Below, one piece after another: positions 49,606 to 61,555 of a stretch of DNA of 64,000 nt. The notes under the pieces were generated by a model. It worked only from the letters and a program-made list of their open reading frames with translations, made no database searches and was not told the origin of the DNA. This DNA is from Armatimonadota bacterium (GTDB taxonomy: Bacteria > Armatimonadota > SYMT01). The stretch spans positions 1,200,342 to 1,264,341 of the forward strand of contig JAWLHY010000002.1 in the NCBI GenBank assembly GCA_041690135.1. Direction: 5' to 3'. Each line of letters opens with the position of its first letter. Positions within the stretch are counted from its first letter, which is position 1. Both the position numbers and the translations under genes were made by a program.

Positions 49606-49920
49606 CGTTCCGTGGATTGCACTTGCCGCATACAAGAATCCTCTCGGTGCCTTCCTCTCGCGCGTGTTCCATGTTGGTGATCCAAAGATGCGGAGAGAAC
49701 GGCACCCGCTGGTGTCAAGGCGGTGCGAACTGTCAATCGCACCGGGAAGTGTGGGTGATGTCCCGCATGCGTTCCGCGCCCCGTATAACGGGAGTAGGTG
49801 CTGGATCGCCACCAACTCGATGAGGAGACTCTCCGGGCCTTATCCGGCGGTGCTTTCCGGCCGGAGAATTCTTTCCAGGAGATAGGCACAACCCTGCCGG
49901 TGCGGTATAATCCCATTGAA

Positions 49921-49939
49921 GATAATGAAACTCGTTCTC
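49921..49939. promoter_or_regulatory. Fur/PerR box upstream of the Fur-family gene
   Basis: GATAATGAAACTCGTTCTC, 15/19 match to GATAATGATAATCATTATC; TATAAT just upstream. Confidence 0.6.
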
Positions 49940-49953
49940 ATTTTGGATATCTC

Positions 49954-50325
49954 ATGATCCGGCAGACGAAACAGCGGCAGGCAATCCTGGAGGTCGTCGA
50001 GAGATCCCACGACCATCCCACGGCGGCGCAGGTCTACGAGCGGGTGCAGCAGGTGCTGCCCGGCGTGGGCTACGCCACCGTTTACCGCAACCTGGCCGCG
50101 CTGGCGGAGGAGGGGATGATCCAGGAGATCCGGGTGGGCGAAGTTACCCAGTACGACCGGCGCTCCGACCGGCACGACCACGCCGTATGCGGCCGGTGCG
50201 GCAAGCTGGTGGACGTGATGGTGCCCCTGCCGTCCGAGGTCGTCCAGGCCGTGTTGGAACAAAGCGGATTCCAGGTGGCGGGCCACCACACGGAAGTCTT
50301 CGGCCTGTGCGCCGACTGTCGATAG
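49954..50325 (+). CDS. Fur family transcriptional regulator (PerR/FurA-like)
   Basis: 'TKQRQAIL', 'HPTA', 'ATVYRNL', 'HDHAVCGRCG', C-terminal CADC; upstream of katG. Confidence 0.92.
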   Translation: MIRQTKQRQAILEVVERSHDHPTAAQVYERVQQVLPGVGYATVYRNLAALAEEGMIQEIRVGEVTQYDRRSDRHDHAVCGRCGKLVDVMVPLPSEVVQAVLEQSGFQVAGHHTEVFGLCADCR

Positions 50326-50339
50326 CTTCTCTTTTTTAG

Positions 50340-52901
<2,562 letters not shown>

Positions 52902-52931
52902 TCGTCCGCCGGAGGCTCGGGCCGATTTAAC

Positions 52932-52985
52932 CGCCAAGAACGCAAAGAGCGCAAAGTGCGCCAAGAACGCAAAGGGAACAAAGAA
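52932..52985. repeat. 9-bp degenerate tandem repeat (CGCMAAGNN x about 6)
   Basis: cgccaagaa cgcaaagag cgcaaagtg cgccaagaa cgcaaaggg aacaaagaa. Confidence 0.75.
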
Positions 52986-53158
52986 GAATAGCCCGACTCT
53001 TGTCGGCAGAATAAGTAAAAAAGGCGGTTAGTCCAAAGGGTGGGGTGCATACCCCGCCCTTTTTTCGCATGGTCGCGGTAACCCTCTCCTGACCAGCCAA
53101 AGCCACCGGTTACACACACCTTCCCTTCCGCGCCTTTCCGCGTTTTCCGCGGTGGAGA

Positions 53159-53656
53159 TCAGTTATCCGACGTCTCCTCGCCCAGTAGATGCCGGGCCGA
53201 GTAGATCTGCCCGGTGTGGTAGGCCAGGTGGAACACGGCGTACTCCAGGTACTCGGCGTAGGTGAAACCAGTAGGGCAGCCCGGGATGCGCGTGGCCGGG
53301 TCCGGGTTCTGAGCCCGGAAGTGCGTCAGCGTCTCCTCATGGACCCGCAACAGCTCCTGGCAGACCTGCTCCGCCGTCATGGCCAGGTGCTCCTCCGAGG
53401 GCGTGGTTTCCAGGTTCGTTGAGTAGTAGCGGAACCGCGTGTCGATCAACGGGCTGCTCACCCGGCACCGTGCGGGGTCGGGGCCGTCGCCCGCCAGGCG
53501 GGTGGCCTCCCAGAAGGCGTGATGGCCCGCCAGTTCCCCCGCGGAAAGCAGTCCGGGTGCCGGCCGTTTCCAGACGTGTTCGTCCGCCAAACCTTCGAAG
53601 GCGATCTTCAGCTCGTAGTAACCCAGCTCCAGTAGTTTCAGGCAGGCTTCAACCAT
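53159..53656 (-). CDS. DinB family protein
   Basis: 'LSAGELAGHHAFWE' and 'FHLAYHTGQI' His motifs. Confidence 0.85.
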   Translation of the reverse strand: MVEACLKLLELGYYELKIAFEGLADEHVWKRPAPGLLSAGELAGHHAFWEATRLAGDGPDPARCRVSSPLIDTRFRYYSTNLETTPSEEHLAMTAEQVCQELLRVHEETLTHFRAQNPDPATRIPGCPTGFTYAEYLEYAVFHLAYHTGQIYSARHLLGEETSDN

Positions 53657-53972
53657 TTCACGCTTCTCCGGAATCCCTTGTCACTTTCGGAATACGGGGT
53701 GACGTTCCCTACGGTCGGGATGCCAATCCTCCCGGCACCACATACGCGATGGGTAGAGAGGTAACTGCACAGGTCTGATCCCGGCGCGCGCTGCTGTTAG
53801 CCCCGGGGCATGCTTGGAGCATCGCCGTCGATTGAGTCTCATCGCCGTAACAACACCAACTGTCCGCGACGGCGCCAGCCCGAGGGTCCGGGGATGGGGT
53901 CGGAATGGGTGAGGGCGGAATACAGAGCGGCCCCTCACGCGGTGTTGCGCACCCTGGGGGAGTTGAGCATGT

Positions 53973-54902
53973 CTACCGACTTCCGAGACGGCGATACTGT
54001 GCGGGCGTAACACCCATGAGGCGGCGGAACACTTTGCCGAACGCAGTCTCGGACTCGTAGCCGACGGCGTCGGCGACCGCCCCTAGTTTCAAGTCGGGCT
54101 GCTCCCGCAGCAGGCTGGCCGCACGCACCATGCGCCACTCCGTGAGGTGGTCCATCGGCGTGCTCCCCACCAACTCCTTGAACCGGGCCGCGAACGCCGA
54201 GCGGGACATGGAGACCGCGTGGGCCAGCTCCGGCACGGTCCAGGCGCGGCCGGGCTCCGTATACATTAGCCCCAGCGCGGCTCCCATCTGGGCATCCGCG
54301 AGGGCTCGCAGCCAACTGGCTTTCTCCCCCGGAGTGGGTGAGTTGATGCGCGTCCGCAGCGCATGGATGAACAGCACCTCTGCGAGCCGATCCACCACGG
54401 CGGACGAGCCCGGCTGGCCCTGCACGATCTCCGCCTCCACAAACTGCAGGGTGGATTGGAACCATTGGGGGGAGTGCGCGCCGGGCGTGGATACGTGAAT
54501 GACCGGCGGCAGGTAGCCCGCCAGCCACTCGCTTTCCGGGGTGGCGAAGCGGAAACATCCCGCAATCACCGACGTGCGTATCCCGCCTGCGCCATACGTG
54601 ATGAGTCGAGAGCGCCGGAACTCCTCCTCCGAGACCATCTCCTCCATGGCGCGCAGATGGATCTCGGGACTGCTCCGGAGGGAGTAGGTTCGGGGGGCCG
54701 ACAAGAAGACGAAGTCGCCCCCCACTAGCGGCACGAGCGGCTCCTGATCGTCCACGCCCAGGAAGCAGGCCCCGCGGGTCACCATCAGGCAGATGCCCTT
54801 TTCGCCCGGGAACTGGAACCCCCAGGGTGCCGCGAACTCCAGCCGCCCGTAGAGCTTCCCTTCCGTCCGGAGCCGATCTGCCATTTCCGAAAGCGGATCC
54901 AT
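53973..54902 (-). CDS. AraC family regulator (cupin plus HTH)
   Basis: 'MDPLSE', 'WTVPELA..VSMSRSAFAARF', 'VGYESETAF'; divergent from the SDR operon. Confidence 0.93.
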   Translation of the reverse strand: MDPLSEMADRLRTEGKLYGRLEFAAPWGFQFPGEKGICLMVTRGACFLGVDDQEPLVPLVGGDFVFLSAPRTYSLRSSPEIHLRAMEEMVSEEEFRRSRLITYGAGGIRTSVIAGCFRFATPESEWLAGYLPPVIHVSTPGAHSPQWFQSTLQFVEAEIVQGQPGSSAVVDRLAEVLFIHALRTRINSPTPGEKASWLRALADAQMGAALGLMYTEPGRAWTVPELAHAVSMSRSAFAARFKELVGSTPMDHLTEWRMVRAASLLREQPDLKLGAVADAVGYESETAFGKVFRRLMGVTPAQYRRLGSR

Positions 54903-55020
54903 AGAGGCAATCCTGGCGTTATGAACGCAAAATATGGCGTCTTGACGTCTCATGCGCTGTCGATGCTGGCGTATTATACAGCAGAACCGCAGCGATGTGC
55001 TGCGCAATGGAGAGAGAAGA

Positions 55021-55464
55021 ATGAGAAGCGCTATCGGCAAGAGGCTGGCGACGGATCGCTGGTCGCGTTGGAGCCTGATCGCAGGCATCGCACTTTCCAC
55101 GGCGCTCGCCGGAATCGCAGGAGGACTCCCGGGTGCGCTGGCGGGAGGAACTGCCGCCGTCCGGCCCGAAAGCCCCAGACCGGCGTACGTCATCTTCATC
55201 CGGGAGCGGACGCGAGACGCGGCAGAGCTCAAGACGTACTCGACCAAAGCCGCAGCCTCATTGGAGGGACACCCGGTCACCATGCTGGCGGTCTACGGGC
55301 GCCAGGAGGTGCTGGAAGGACCGGAGACCGAGGGAGTCGTCATCGTGCGCTTCCCCTCCTTCGCGGCAGCGAAGGCGTGGTACGATGGTCCGGCGTATCG
55401 CGCGGCACGGGAGCACCGCTTCCAGGGTGCGGACTACCGCGCCCTCCTCGTGGAGGGCCGCTGA
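55021..55464 (+). CDS. DUF1330 domain-containing protein with N-terminal signal/TM
   Basis: 'AYVIF...EVLEG...VIVRFPS..AAKAWY..PAY..AR..R'. Confidence 0.85.
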   Translation: MRSAIGKRLATDRWSRWSLIAGIALSTALAGIAGGLPGALAGGTAAVRPESPRPAYVIFIRERTRDAAELKTYSTKAAASLEGHPVTMLAVYGRQEVLEGPETEGVVIVRFPSFAAAKAWYDGPAYRAAREHRFQGADYRALLVEGR

Positions 55465-56246
55465 TGTCGCCCGTCGCGAATGAGCTTGTGGGAAAGCGCG
55501 CCGTCGTCACAGGGGGAACCCAGGGCATCGGCGCCGCCATCGTCGAGCGTCTCCACCAGGGCGGGGCGATGGTGATGACCGCGGCCCGCCGCCCGCCGGA
55601 GAACCGCTCCGACGCGGCGCTTTTCGTGGAGGCCGACCTCAGCACCGCGGCGGGGGTGACCCGGCTGGCCGAGGCGGTCCTGGAACAGCTCGGCGGGGTG
55701 GACATCCTGGTCCATACCGTGGGCGGCACCTCGGCGTCGCCCGGAGGAGCCCTCGCGCTGACCGACGCGCAGTGGCAGGCGGACCTGGACCTCAACCTCT
55801 TCCCGGCGGTCCGCCTGGACCGGGCGCTGTTGCCGTCCATGCTGGAGCAGGGCTCCGGCGTGATCGTCCACATCTCCTCGATCCAGACCCGGATGCCGCT
55901 GAAGGAGACCGTGGCCTATGCCGCAGCGAAGGCGGCGCTGAAGAGCTACAGTAAAGCCCTTTCCAACGAGCTCGCGCCGAAAGGGGTCCGCGTGGTCGCG
56001 GTCGCGCCCGGGTTCACCGCGACGGATGCGGCGGAGCGCCTGCTGGAGCGGATGGCGCGGGAGGCGGGCTCCGACCGCGACGCCGCACTCCAGGTGCTGA
56101 TGAGCTCACTTGGGGAGATCCCGATGAACCGGCCGGCTCTACCTTTCGAGATTGCGGAGGTGGTCGCTTTCGTCGTCTCCGACCGCGCCTCGTACCTCAC
56201 CGGCACCGAAATCACCGTGGACGGCGGCACCGTCCCCACCCTCTGA
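55464..56246 (+). CDS. Short-chain dehydrogenase/reductase
   Basis: 'VTGGTQGIG', catalytic 'YAAAK', 'LTGTEITVDGG'. Confidence 0.93.
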   Translation: MSPVANELVGKRAVVTGGTQGIGAAIVERLHQGGAMVMTAARRPPENRSDAALFVEADLSTAAGVTRLAEAVLEQLGGVDILVHTVGGTSASPGGALALTDAQWQADLDLNLFPAVRLDRALLPSMLEQGSGVIVHISSIQTRMPLKETVAYAAAKAALKSYSKALSNELAPKGVRVVAVAPGFTATDAAERLLERMAREAGSDRDAALQVLMSSLGEIPMNRPALPFEIAEVVAFVVSDRASYLTGTEITVDGGTVPTL

Positions 56247-56256
56247 GGAGGCAACG

Positions 56257-56586
56257 ATGACCGACATTCTGAACCCCACCATAGCCGGTTACCTCGCCGA
56301 TATGAACAATCGCGACAACGAGTCCCTGGTCCGCCGGTTCACGCCGGAGGCGGTCGTGATCGACGAAGGGGAGACCCACCGCGGTCCCGAGGAGATCCGC
56401 CGATGGCTCGCCAGAGTGCAGGCGGCCTTTGAGTTCACTCTCGAGCCGCTGCGTGCGGAGCAGCAAGGAGACGAAGCCATCGTGACATGCCGGACTACCG
56501 GAACCTTTCCGGGCAGTCCGGTGGACCTTCGGCACTGTATCACGCTGACGGGCGATCGGATTGCCGCCTTGACGATCCGGGCTTGA
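56257..56586 (+). CDS. SnoaL/NTF2-like protein
   Basis: 'FTPEAVVIDEG.THRG...GTFPGSPV.L'; RBS GAGGAGG. Confidence 0.88.
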   Translation: MTDILNPTIAGYLADMNNRDNESLVRRFTPEAVVIDEGETHRGPEEIRRWLARVQAAFEFTLEPLRAEQQGDEAIVTCRTTGTFPGSPVDLRHCITLTGDRIAALTIRA

Positions 56587-56674
56587 GGCCCGGTGGGGGG
56601 GCTCTGTATAAATGCCAGGCGGAGGGGCTTCCGGGCGGCAGCCCTCTCCGTCTGGCATTCCTGGAATAGGTCGG

Positions 56675-56890
56675 TATCAGAAGCCCCGGATCGTGCTCAT
56701 CCCCGGCACCACTAAGCGGCACTGCCTGCAAAAAAGCGTCGCAGCGGCGTCAGCGGTACTGACCGCGGAGGATCTCCGCGATATCGAGAGGGCGGCGTCC
56801 CAGATCCAGGTGCACGGGGCGCGTCATTCCGAGGGGCGTTATTCCGAGGGGCGTTACTCCGAGGCCGCGCAGCGCATGATCGACCGCTGA
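56675..56890 (+). pseudogene. C-terminal fragment of an aldo/keto reductase with a 15-bp triplication
   Basis: 'QKPRIVLIPGTTK..L....A...LT.EDL..I...G.RYSE'; repeat at 56821-56865; no N-terminal part. Confidence 0.7.
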
Positions 56891-57235
56891 GCTGCGCCTC
56901 CGGACCGACGTCAACAGGCGGAAGGACCTTCATCCTTCCGCCTCCATTGGCCCAACCTGAGCCACATCCGAATTGGCTAAAGTCCAGAGTGGGAGATGGG
57001 ACTCGAAACCGCTCCAACGACCCCAGGAGTTGCTCAAGGTGGGCCAGGGGCTGCCCGGTGGCGACTCGTCGAGCACGTAGTCACCGATGCCCGCACGCGG
57101 GCACCCGGCGTCCAGGTGCGTGGCAAGTTCGAGCCGCTGCCGCTCACCGACGGATAGCGTAGTGAGCGACTGGCCGAAGCGGAGGTAGCCGAGCCCGACG
57201 GCTATGTGCGGACTCTTGTTAGCTTTGGGGCCGGT

Positions 57236-57718
57236 TCAGAGCGTCCGGGCGAGGGCTTCGAGCTGGTTGGTCGTCTGTTTCCAGCCCTCCTGGAAGCCCA
57301 TCCCCTCATGCTGTTTCCGCGCCTCCTCGGTCCAGTGCAGGGCGCGCACGACATAGCGGGTCTTGCCGCGTTCATCGGACATCTCGATGATCGTGGTCAT
57401 GAAAGGGACGACCGCGGGTTCGACGGCGGGGATCCAACCCGGGGTAAAGGCGTTGGTGAACACCAGCCGCTGCTCCGGAACCGCTTCCAGGAACACTGCG
57501 ACGCCATCGGACACCTCGCCGTGCGGACCGTGCATCACGATATGAGATGCGCCGCCGCAGCGCGGCTCCAGAATCTTCACCTCGGTGGTCCAGGACGGGG
57601 GTGCGAACCATTGCTCCAGCAGCCTGGGCTCCGTCCAACAGCGCCACACCTTCGCGCGCGACGCGTCCAGCAGACGCTCCAGCCGTAGTTCGTATTCTCC
57701 CGTCCTATCGTGGCACAT
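57236..57718 (-). CDS. SRPBCC family protein
   Basis: 'LERLLDASRAKVWRCWT', 'HEGMGFQEGW'. Confidence 0.88.
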   Translation of the reverse strand: MCHDRTGEYELRLERLLDASRAKVWRCWTEPRLLEQWFAPPSWTTEVKILEPRCGGASHIVMHGPHGEVSDGVAVFLEAVPEQRLVFTNAFTPGWIPAVEPAVVPFMTTIIEMSDERGKTRYVVRALHWTEEARKQHEGMGFQEGWKQTTNQLEALARTL

Positions 57719-57832
57719 CCGATTTTCTCTACTTCCCCGCGTCTCACCCATTAACGACTGCTTTTCGGAGACGACCAACCGGTCCAGCAGACCCAGTACC
57801 TCCCCTTAAACCCCGGACCAACTGCCTCCGAA

Positions 57833-58174
57833 TCAGCCTGCAGGCAGAGGCAGCCCGAGACGCTCCGCAATCCACGCGGTCTCCCCGGCACTCCAGGGGG
57901 GCGGAGGCATCACGGAATAATCGATCTCGGAGTCGTAACCACCGCGCTCGTAGGCGAGGGTCATCACCTCCTGCAGATCGAGGGCCGCATCCGGGTCCGG
58001 AGGAAGCAGCGGGACTGGCACCACGGGCAGGGTGTCGGATACCTGGATAGGCCAAACCGGCGCGCGAGGCCGGTTGCTCGCCCGGCTCAGGACGACATAA
58101 TAGGGGGCCGGGGGTGGCGGCGGCTCTACGGGGGGACGCTCACCGGAGCGCAGCAGGTCGATCTCCAGCAGTTT
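57833..58174 (-). pseudogene. C-terminal fragment of a DUF4058 family protein
   Basis: 'LLEIDLLRSGER...LPVVPVPLLPPDPD..LDLQ...Y..IDY'; begins right after the stop of the upstream gene with no N-terminus. Confidence 0.7.
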
Positions 58175-58564
58175 CTACTTCAACCGCTCCAATTGACCCT
58201 TCCGCCGCACCAGGTTCTTGTAGTCCCACTGGACCTCTCTCGCCTCGGCCAGCCAGCGTGCCAGCTTCTCCGTATCGACCTGCCGCACCTCCGTATACCG
58301 GGCTTCCGCCGCCTTGAAGCTGCCTTCTTTGGCCAGCCCCTCCTGCTGGAATGACTGCCCGCTCCAGAACAGCAGGCGCACGTAGTTCTTCAGCTTGCTG
58401 TAACCGACGATGGGGTTCCCCTCCAGGAACCAGACCGGGTGGGCGTGCCAGACCTTGTTCTCCGCCTCCGGGAGATGGCGCTCGATCTGCTCCGCCAGCA
58501 GTTCGCAGATTTCCCGGTCGCCCGGCGCCTGGGCCTCGTTGTACTTCCTGGTATCGGTGTGCAT
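58175..58564 (-). CDS. DUF1801 (YdhG-like) domain-containing protein
   Basis: 'AENKVWHAHPVWFLEGNPIVGYSK...LLFWSGQSF...QWDYKNLV'. Confidence 0.9.
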   Translation of the reverse strand: MHTDTRKYNEAQAPGDREICELLAEQIERHLPEAENKVWHAHPVWFLEGNPIVGYSKLKNYVRLLFWSGQSFQQEGLAKEGSFKAAEARYTEVRQVDTEKLARWLAEAREVQWDYKNLVRRKGQLERLK

Positions 58565-58575
58565 AGCTCTTTCTC

Positions 58576-59226
58576 TCATTCCTCCACCGAGATCAGCTCC
58601 TGCTCCAGTTCCTCGATCGTGGGGAGGGCGGTGCGGATCTCCTCCGGAAGGCTACCGGTGAGTTGATAGGTGGAGATCCCCATTGGCGTCGACAAATTCC
58701 GGAGTGAGTACTCGACGACCACCTGGTTCTTCGACTTGCAGAGGAGAAGTCCGATGCTGGTTGCGTCATCGGGATGTCGCAAGAGGTCATCTACCACCGC
58801 CTCGATCTCTCGCTCTTCCGCCTCCTTGCCAAGGGACAGGAAATCGAAGTTGTAAGGGTCTTTGAGGAGCTGTGCGGCCAGATCGGACTGGGGAGCGGGG
58901 AGCACCCTCTGGAAGTTGGTAACGGCTTGCCCCTGGCGTTCGTGAAGGCGGCTCTCGATGTGGATCTCCAGAACATTCCGGCTCCAGCCATACTCAATGG
59001 CCTGCCGGGCGTACCAGACACGCTCATCCGGGGTGCTCAACCGGTCCAACAGGCGGACATTGTGACCCCAAGGGATTCGTCCAACAACTTGTTGGACAAT
59101 TGCCTCGTCGGGCCACGCCTCCGCAAAGGCTCGCATATAAAGCAGGTTGGAACGAGAGAACCCCTTCATGGCGGGGAACTCGTGCCGGAGGTCCTGGGAC
59201 AGGCGCTCGATGACCTTCGCTCCCCT
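58576..59226 (-). pseudogene. YhcG/DUF1016 PD-(D/E)XK protein, 5'-truncated with an internal deletion
   Basis: 'GFSRSNL.YM', 'IPWGHN', 'KDPYNFDFL', 'IGLLLC'; the usual ELG.GF...DLLFYH...IELK block is missing between EREIE and AVVDD. Confidence 0.8.
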
Positions 59227-59319
59227 GGGAATTGTGCAACAACCTGTTGCACAGTTCCCCGTGCGGTAGATAGTTTCCCAATGATGCGCGCACGGCCCCA
59301 CCGAAGTGGCACTCGTCCC

Positions 59320-59455
59320 TTTCGCCCCCTTTTCCGCGTCATTCCGCGCATTCCCATACGGGCAAGCTCGCGGGCAATCCAAGATCGCAGTCTCCTTCCG
59401 CTCTGCTTTGTTCCTTTCCGCATTATTCCGCGTCGTTCCGCGTGTTCCGCGGGCA
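59320..59455. repeat. Low-complexity TTCCGCG 9-10-bp period repeats (also at 53126-53153)
   Basis: Repeated ttccgcgNN units. Confidence 0.6.
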
Positions 59456-59499
59456 ATCCCGAGCCGCCGGTTCGCTTGGCAATTACAGACAGCCGCAAG

Positions 59500-60123
59500 T
59501 CAGGAGCTGACGTAGGCTGCCAGGTGCTGGCCCGTGAGGGTGGAGCGCGCCGCCACCAGGTCGGCCGGGGTGCCTTCGAACACGACCCGACCGCCGTCGT
59601 GGCCGGCGCCGGGCCCGAGGTCGATGATCCAGTCCGCGTGGGCCATCACTGCCTGGTGGTGTTCGATCACGATTACGGACTTTCCGGAGTCGACTAGCCG
59701 GTCCAGCAGCCCCAGCAGTTGCCGGAGGTCGGCCAGGTGGAGGCCGGTGGTCGGTTCGTCGAGGACGTAGACTCCGCCGTCGGTGCCCATGTGCGTCGCA
59801 AGCTTGAGCCGCTGCCGCTCGCCGCCGGAGAGGGTGGTGAGGGGTTGGCCCAGGCGCACGTAGCCGAGGCCCACGTCCGCCAGGCGCCGCAGGATCGCGT
59901 GCGCGGCGGGAGTCTTCGCGGGGCCGCCGGCGAAGAACTCCTCGGCCTCGGTCACCGGGAGGTCGAGCACCTCGGCGATGTGGAGACCACCCAGGCGGTA
60001 GTCCAGGACCGCTGCCTGGAACCGCTTCCCCTCGCAATCCTCGCACACGGTGCTGACGCCGGCCATCGTTACCAGGTCGGTGTAGATCACCCCGGCGCCG
60101 TTGCAGGTGGGGCAGGCGCCTTC
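59500..60123 (-). pseudogene. C-terminal fragment of a UvrA-like (class II/DrrC-like) ABC ATPase
   Basis: 'GACPTCNG...CEDCEGKRF', 'LSGGERQRLKLA', 'LDEPTTGLH', 'IEH'; homology stops at about 60123. Confidence 0.85.
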
Positions 60124-60188
60124 GACGAACCGCACTATGTTGGCAACCGCTGCTATGCAGGCTTGACAGCCGGAAGAGGTTATGTCTT

Positions 60189-61457
60189 ATGTCAATGAGT
60201 GTGTCGTGGAAGGCGGGAAATACGGAGATTCTGCAGCGTACCGTCGCGCGGGCGCTGCAGTTCATGAGCGTCCACGAGGGCCAGGTCCTAACCAAAGGAA
60301 TCGTAGGGCTGGAATTCGCCGACACCGTTCTCGCTCATCATCTAGCACTGCCGGGCGTTCGCCAGCGTGACGAGGCTCGTGGGCTGGTACATCAGGCGCT
60401 AACGAAGCTGCCGTTACAGCCGCAAAAGGATCTTCCAACTCTAGCTGCATTGATCGAGGAGGAGCTAAAGCAGCGGACCGCACAGCGTTCGAACGAGTTT
60501 CGACTTCTAATGCCGCTGAACGTGCGTCGCGAGCACGCGGCGAAAAGACGATCCGTCACGTTGCTTGGGACTGAGTTGCGGTTTACCTCATGGCGCCAAA
60601 TCCGGCGCGGATTTGACTTCGAAGAATGGAAAAGGAATATCGAGATCTTCGCTGAATGGCCTCAAGACTTATTCTCGGAACACGTGCCGGTGATGACTAA
60701 GATCCGCGCTAGGGATGTTGACACCGCCCTTCGGGTCGGGTCCGAAGCGTTCGAGATGCTCCGTTCGCTGTTGAACCTTTCCGTTCAGTTCGAGCGCGTG
60801 CAGATAGTGTCCGGCGGTCACGTTAGGCCTTTGGGTGGAATCCTTGAGTGCCCCGTGGGCGGTGTGTTTGACGCCTCCGGAGCATATGTTAACTATTTTA
60901 CATCGCCGCACTCGTACCGCGGCGAGGGTTCGGTGAAACGTGACGCGCCATCGTTCGAGCGGATCCGGTTCCTGTTGAAGGCGCTTCGAGATGCGCCGGA
61001 CGAGAGGAGCACTACGGCGCTGCTGAGGGACGCGGTTTCCGGCTATGGGAGAGCGCTCGACTCGAGTGCGCCCTGGGAAGCCTTTCTCGCGCTTTGGCAA
61101 GTCCTTGAGCGGATTACTTTCCCCGGCCAAGAGCGTTACGCTATGGACGACGTATGCCGCCGTGCCGCGGTCTTGGTGAGAGGCGAGCCGTTGCTGGAAG
61201 ATGTTTTGCCGGCTTTGTCGGCAGTTAGGAACGATCTGGTGCACGCTGGGAAATTCCACGACTGGGGAGACCAAGACGTGCGACTGCTCAAGATGCTAGT
61301 GGAGTTCTCCATCCGAGGTCTACTTCGCATCCGCATGCGCCTGCCGAAAATCGCGGACCTGATGATCTACTACGATCAGTCCCGCGTAGCACGCGGCAAC
61401 CCGAGGGACCTGGAAGCAAAGATACGAATTGGGAAGCTGGTTCTCCGCAGCAAGTAA
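60189..61457 (+). CDS. HEPN domain protein (ApeA/MAE_28990-like), putative defence RNase
   Basis: C-terminal 'AFLALWQVLERI...VRNDLVHAG' (RxxxxH); visibly lower GC. Confidence 0.75.
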   Translation: MSMSVSWKAGNTEILQRTVARALQFMSVHEGQVLTKGIVGLEFADTVLAHHLALPGVRQRDEARGLVHQALTKLPLQPQKDLPTLAALIEEELKQRTAQRSNEFRLLMPLNVRREHAAKRRSVTLLGTELRFTSWRQIRRGFDFEEWKRNIEIFAEWPQDLFSEHVPVMTKIRARDVDTALRVGSEAFEMLRSLLNLSVQFERVQIVSGGHVRPLGGILECPVGGVFDASGAYVNYFTSPHSYRGEGSVKRDAPSFERIRFLLKALRDAPDERSTTALLRDAVSGYGRALDSSAPWEAFLALWQVLERITFPGQERYAMDDVCRRAAVLVRGEPLLEDVLPALSAVRNDLVHAGKFHDWGDQDVRLLKMLVEFSIRGLLRIRMRLPKIADLMIYYDQSRVARGNPRDLEAKIRIGKLVLRSK

Positions 61458-61555
61458 GGGCTGAAGTTGTGGCGCGACGCAACCCCTCGACTTGCTGGTC
61501 CTTGCCAGTCATCCGCATCTTCCCGAGGTAATCCGGCGGCTCCTACACAAAAGCA

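Noticed and set aside
48187-49916. Long ORFs 48187-49815 and 48870-49916
   Set aside because: Only their C-terminal parts (AlkD-like, DUF1905) are recognisable; the extensions run through intergenic and MITE sequence
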